From assembly GCF_000143415.4 (NCBI RefSeq), contig NW_003314272.1, forward strand, positions 1,496,374 through 1,560,373: a DNA stretch of 64,000 nucleotides. The letters run 5' to 3'. The notes under the pieces were generated by a model. The model was given only the letters and a program-made list of their open reading frames with translations. It had not been told where the DNA came from and did no database searches. Both the position numbers and the translations under genes were made by a program. The stretch is from Selaginella moellendorffii. Lineage: Eukaryota; Plantae; Lycopodiophyta. Position 1 is the stretch's first letter, and the number at the start of each line of letters is the position of its first letter. Shown here piece after piece: positions 62,100 to 64,000 of the stretch.

Positions 62100-64000
62100 A
62101 GAGTTCTTACGTAGCAAAAACGGTTGAGAAGGAACCACGAACAGAAGAGAGTCGATCAAACCAATTACTTTTTTTTCTTCTTCGCAGCTGCTTCTTTCTG
62201 TGGATCCAAATTGCGCTCGCGTCAGTAATGACAAAAAAGAACTCACACAAATCACACCTTCTTGCGAGCGGCTTCTTCGGCCTTTTTCTTCTTGATGAAG
62301 TAGCGATATCTTCGCTGTATGATCCTCGCGCATCTGTTGAACTTGAAGTTTGCTCTCTGTGAAGCAAGAACGAGGAGAGAAAAATGTGATTTTCTATCAG
62401 CAAACAAAGCACTTACCGCATTGGCATCCTCCAAGCTTTGGCGTTCATTCTCCTGCAATCATCGAAGCTCGCGTTACAATAAAGGAAGAAAACAACCCGG
62501 TTATAGAAGCAGACCTCCCATGCACACTGGCGATAGTATTCTTTGTAGAATCGCATTTTCTGGTCCACTTCTTTGTGTTGCACCTGATGAACAATTTGTG
62601 GAGCAGATCAAGGGAGGAAACTTTCGTCAAACTTACGGATAATCTGTCAAGCTCATCCTTCTTCTTTGCGAGCTCAGTTTTGTAGTCTCGCAGCAAGTTA
62701 GTCACCTCCTCCACGCTCTGTTCTTTCTTGCCGCGCGCAGCGAGCTCCAAGGCACGATTGTCCTCCTGCAACTCGACAAGTTATGTGATACTTGTCACGA
62801 ACCGGAAACGAGGACCTGCATTTTGTCTATGGTGCTGGCTAACTGAGTGCATTCTTCGGAGAACTTCTTTTGCTGGAAAAAAGAGAAACGAGCCAGAAAT
62901 CAGCAACGAAAGTAAAGCATTTGTAGCCAACCTTTTGGTTGAAACTCTTTGATTCATCGTCTTCAAGGGCGTCGAAGTCCTGTTGAAGCTGTCTCAGCGT
63001 TGCCAAAGCCTCGTTCTTTTCCGCTTGTATCTCTCCTGCAGTCCCAGGTGTGTTACGTAATGACCCAATGCGTCAGTCACGGTAGAGGCTGTGTGCCTTG
63101 CAAGTGACGCTCGGAAAACTTGAAGTCCTCGAAAGCTTTCGAGCGTAGATCTCGTTCAGTCTGCAACTGCTGAGACAGACTTGTGTGATCTTTGATGGCC
63201 TGACAATAAAACGAGAAGTTCTCAGAAACTTTCGACTAGAAAAAACACGCCATACCCTCTCCTCGCGCCGGAAAACTTCATCCAAGTAGGCATTTATCGC
63301 GCTTTCTTCCTCGAGTGTTGTCGTCAATCGTTTCACAACCAGACTCCTGAACTGGAAAATTTAGATGTTTCGATCACAGAACCATGACAAAGAAAAGCAC
63401 GCTTACCTTTTCCAGTATACTAAAAAACATCGACAGGCTCTTCGATTGCTCCTCCCTCGTAGAAAAGAAGTAATTTAGTGCCGCCCCGCGAGTCTATTCT
63501 TTGTAAGCAAACGCATCAAAAACAAAACGTTTAGCGATCATTTCAAAAAAAAAAACGCGAGAATTTTCATCTACACTGAAGAGCCGGCAAGCTCGCCACG
63601 TCGCGATGGAGAGCTCTTTCTCCTTGATGGGAATATCAGGCCCGCTCGCAGCCTCGTAAGCTACCGAGCAAAGCCTCACCTCATTGAGTGCCGCATAAGC
63701 TTCCTGGGCTTACAAAACCACGCACAGAAAATAAAACCATCACGAAACCAAAGAAGGAAGCGAAGAAATTCCTCTTTACCGAATCCAGGCTTCCTTTGGA
63801 CAACTCCAGCTTCTCCAGTGTCTTCTCGGAGACATAGGTGAGGCACCTAAGACGAAGGAATCGCCCACATTTCGATCAGGAAGGAAGAGGGCGCCACACC
63901 CAAGCTTACTTCATCATCGCGAGCGCCTCGTCGACCATGGAGAGGAGAAGCTGGCAAGTGGGCGCCGGCGCGGAGTCGCGGATCCGCGCCGTGAAGGGCC
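62100..64000 (-). CDS. Coiled-coil protein with C-terminal IQ-like motif, probably dynein regulatory complex DRC10/IQCD; start outside the window
   Basis: Many short exons; KRLTTTLEEE..YLDEVFRREER; long heptad region; C-terminal ARIIQRRYRYFIKKKK. The family call rests on remembered architecture only. Confidence 0.55.

Overview
Eukaryotic plant nuclear DNA, most consistent with a lycophyte such as Selaginella. This is inferred from the very short introns, tight gene spacing, PLS-class PPR genes and a probable flagellar gene. Gene-dense flanks surround a 33-kb four-element LTR retrotransposon nest at 13106-46119. The left flank holds PPRs, a Rossmann-fold gene and a divergent Dof gene. The right flank holds DUF674, DRIP/BMI1, CDC27, PRMT6, a YlqF-type GTPase and a probable DRC10. 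In the nest, an old short-LTR Gypsy (A) carries a non-coding LTR element (B) and a chromovirus (C); C carries an antisense tandem array of a non-autonomous relative (D). Highlights: (1) two short GT-AG introns in the chromovirus integrase region whose removal exactly restores the HPQTDGQTERVN and RFAGPY motifs, plus a candidate gag/protease intron; (2) a multi-hairpin RNA module with tRNA-like T-loops and compensatory base changes shared by C and D; (3) a full-length but defective Merlin (IS1595/ISXO2-type) DNA transposon with TIRs, an 8-bp TSD and an intron; (4) a deletion-riddled duplicate of the left-flank genes. All alignments and folds were done by eye.
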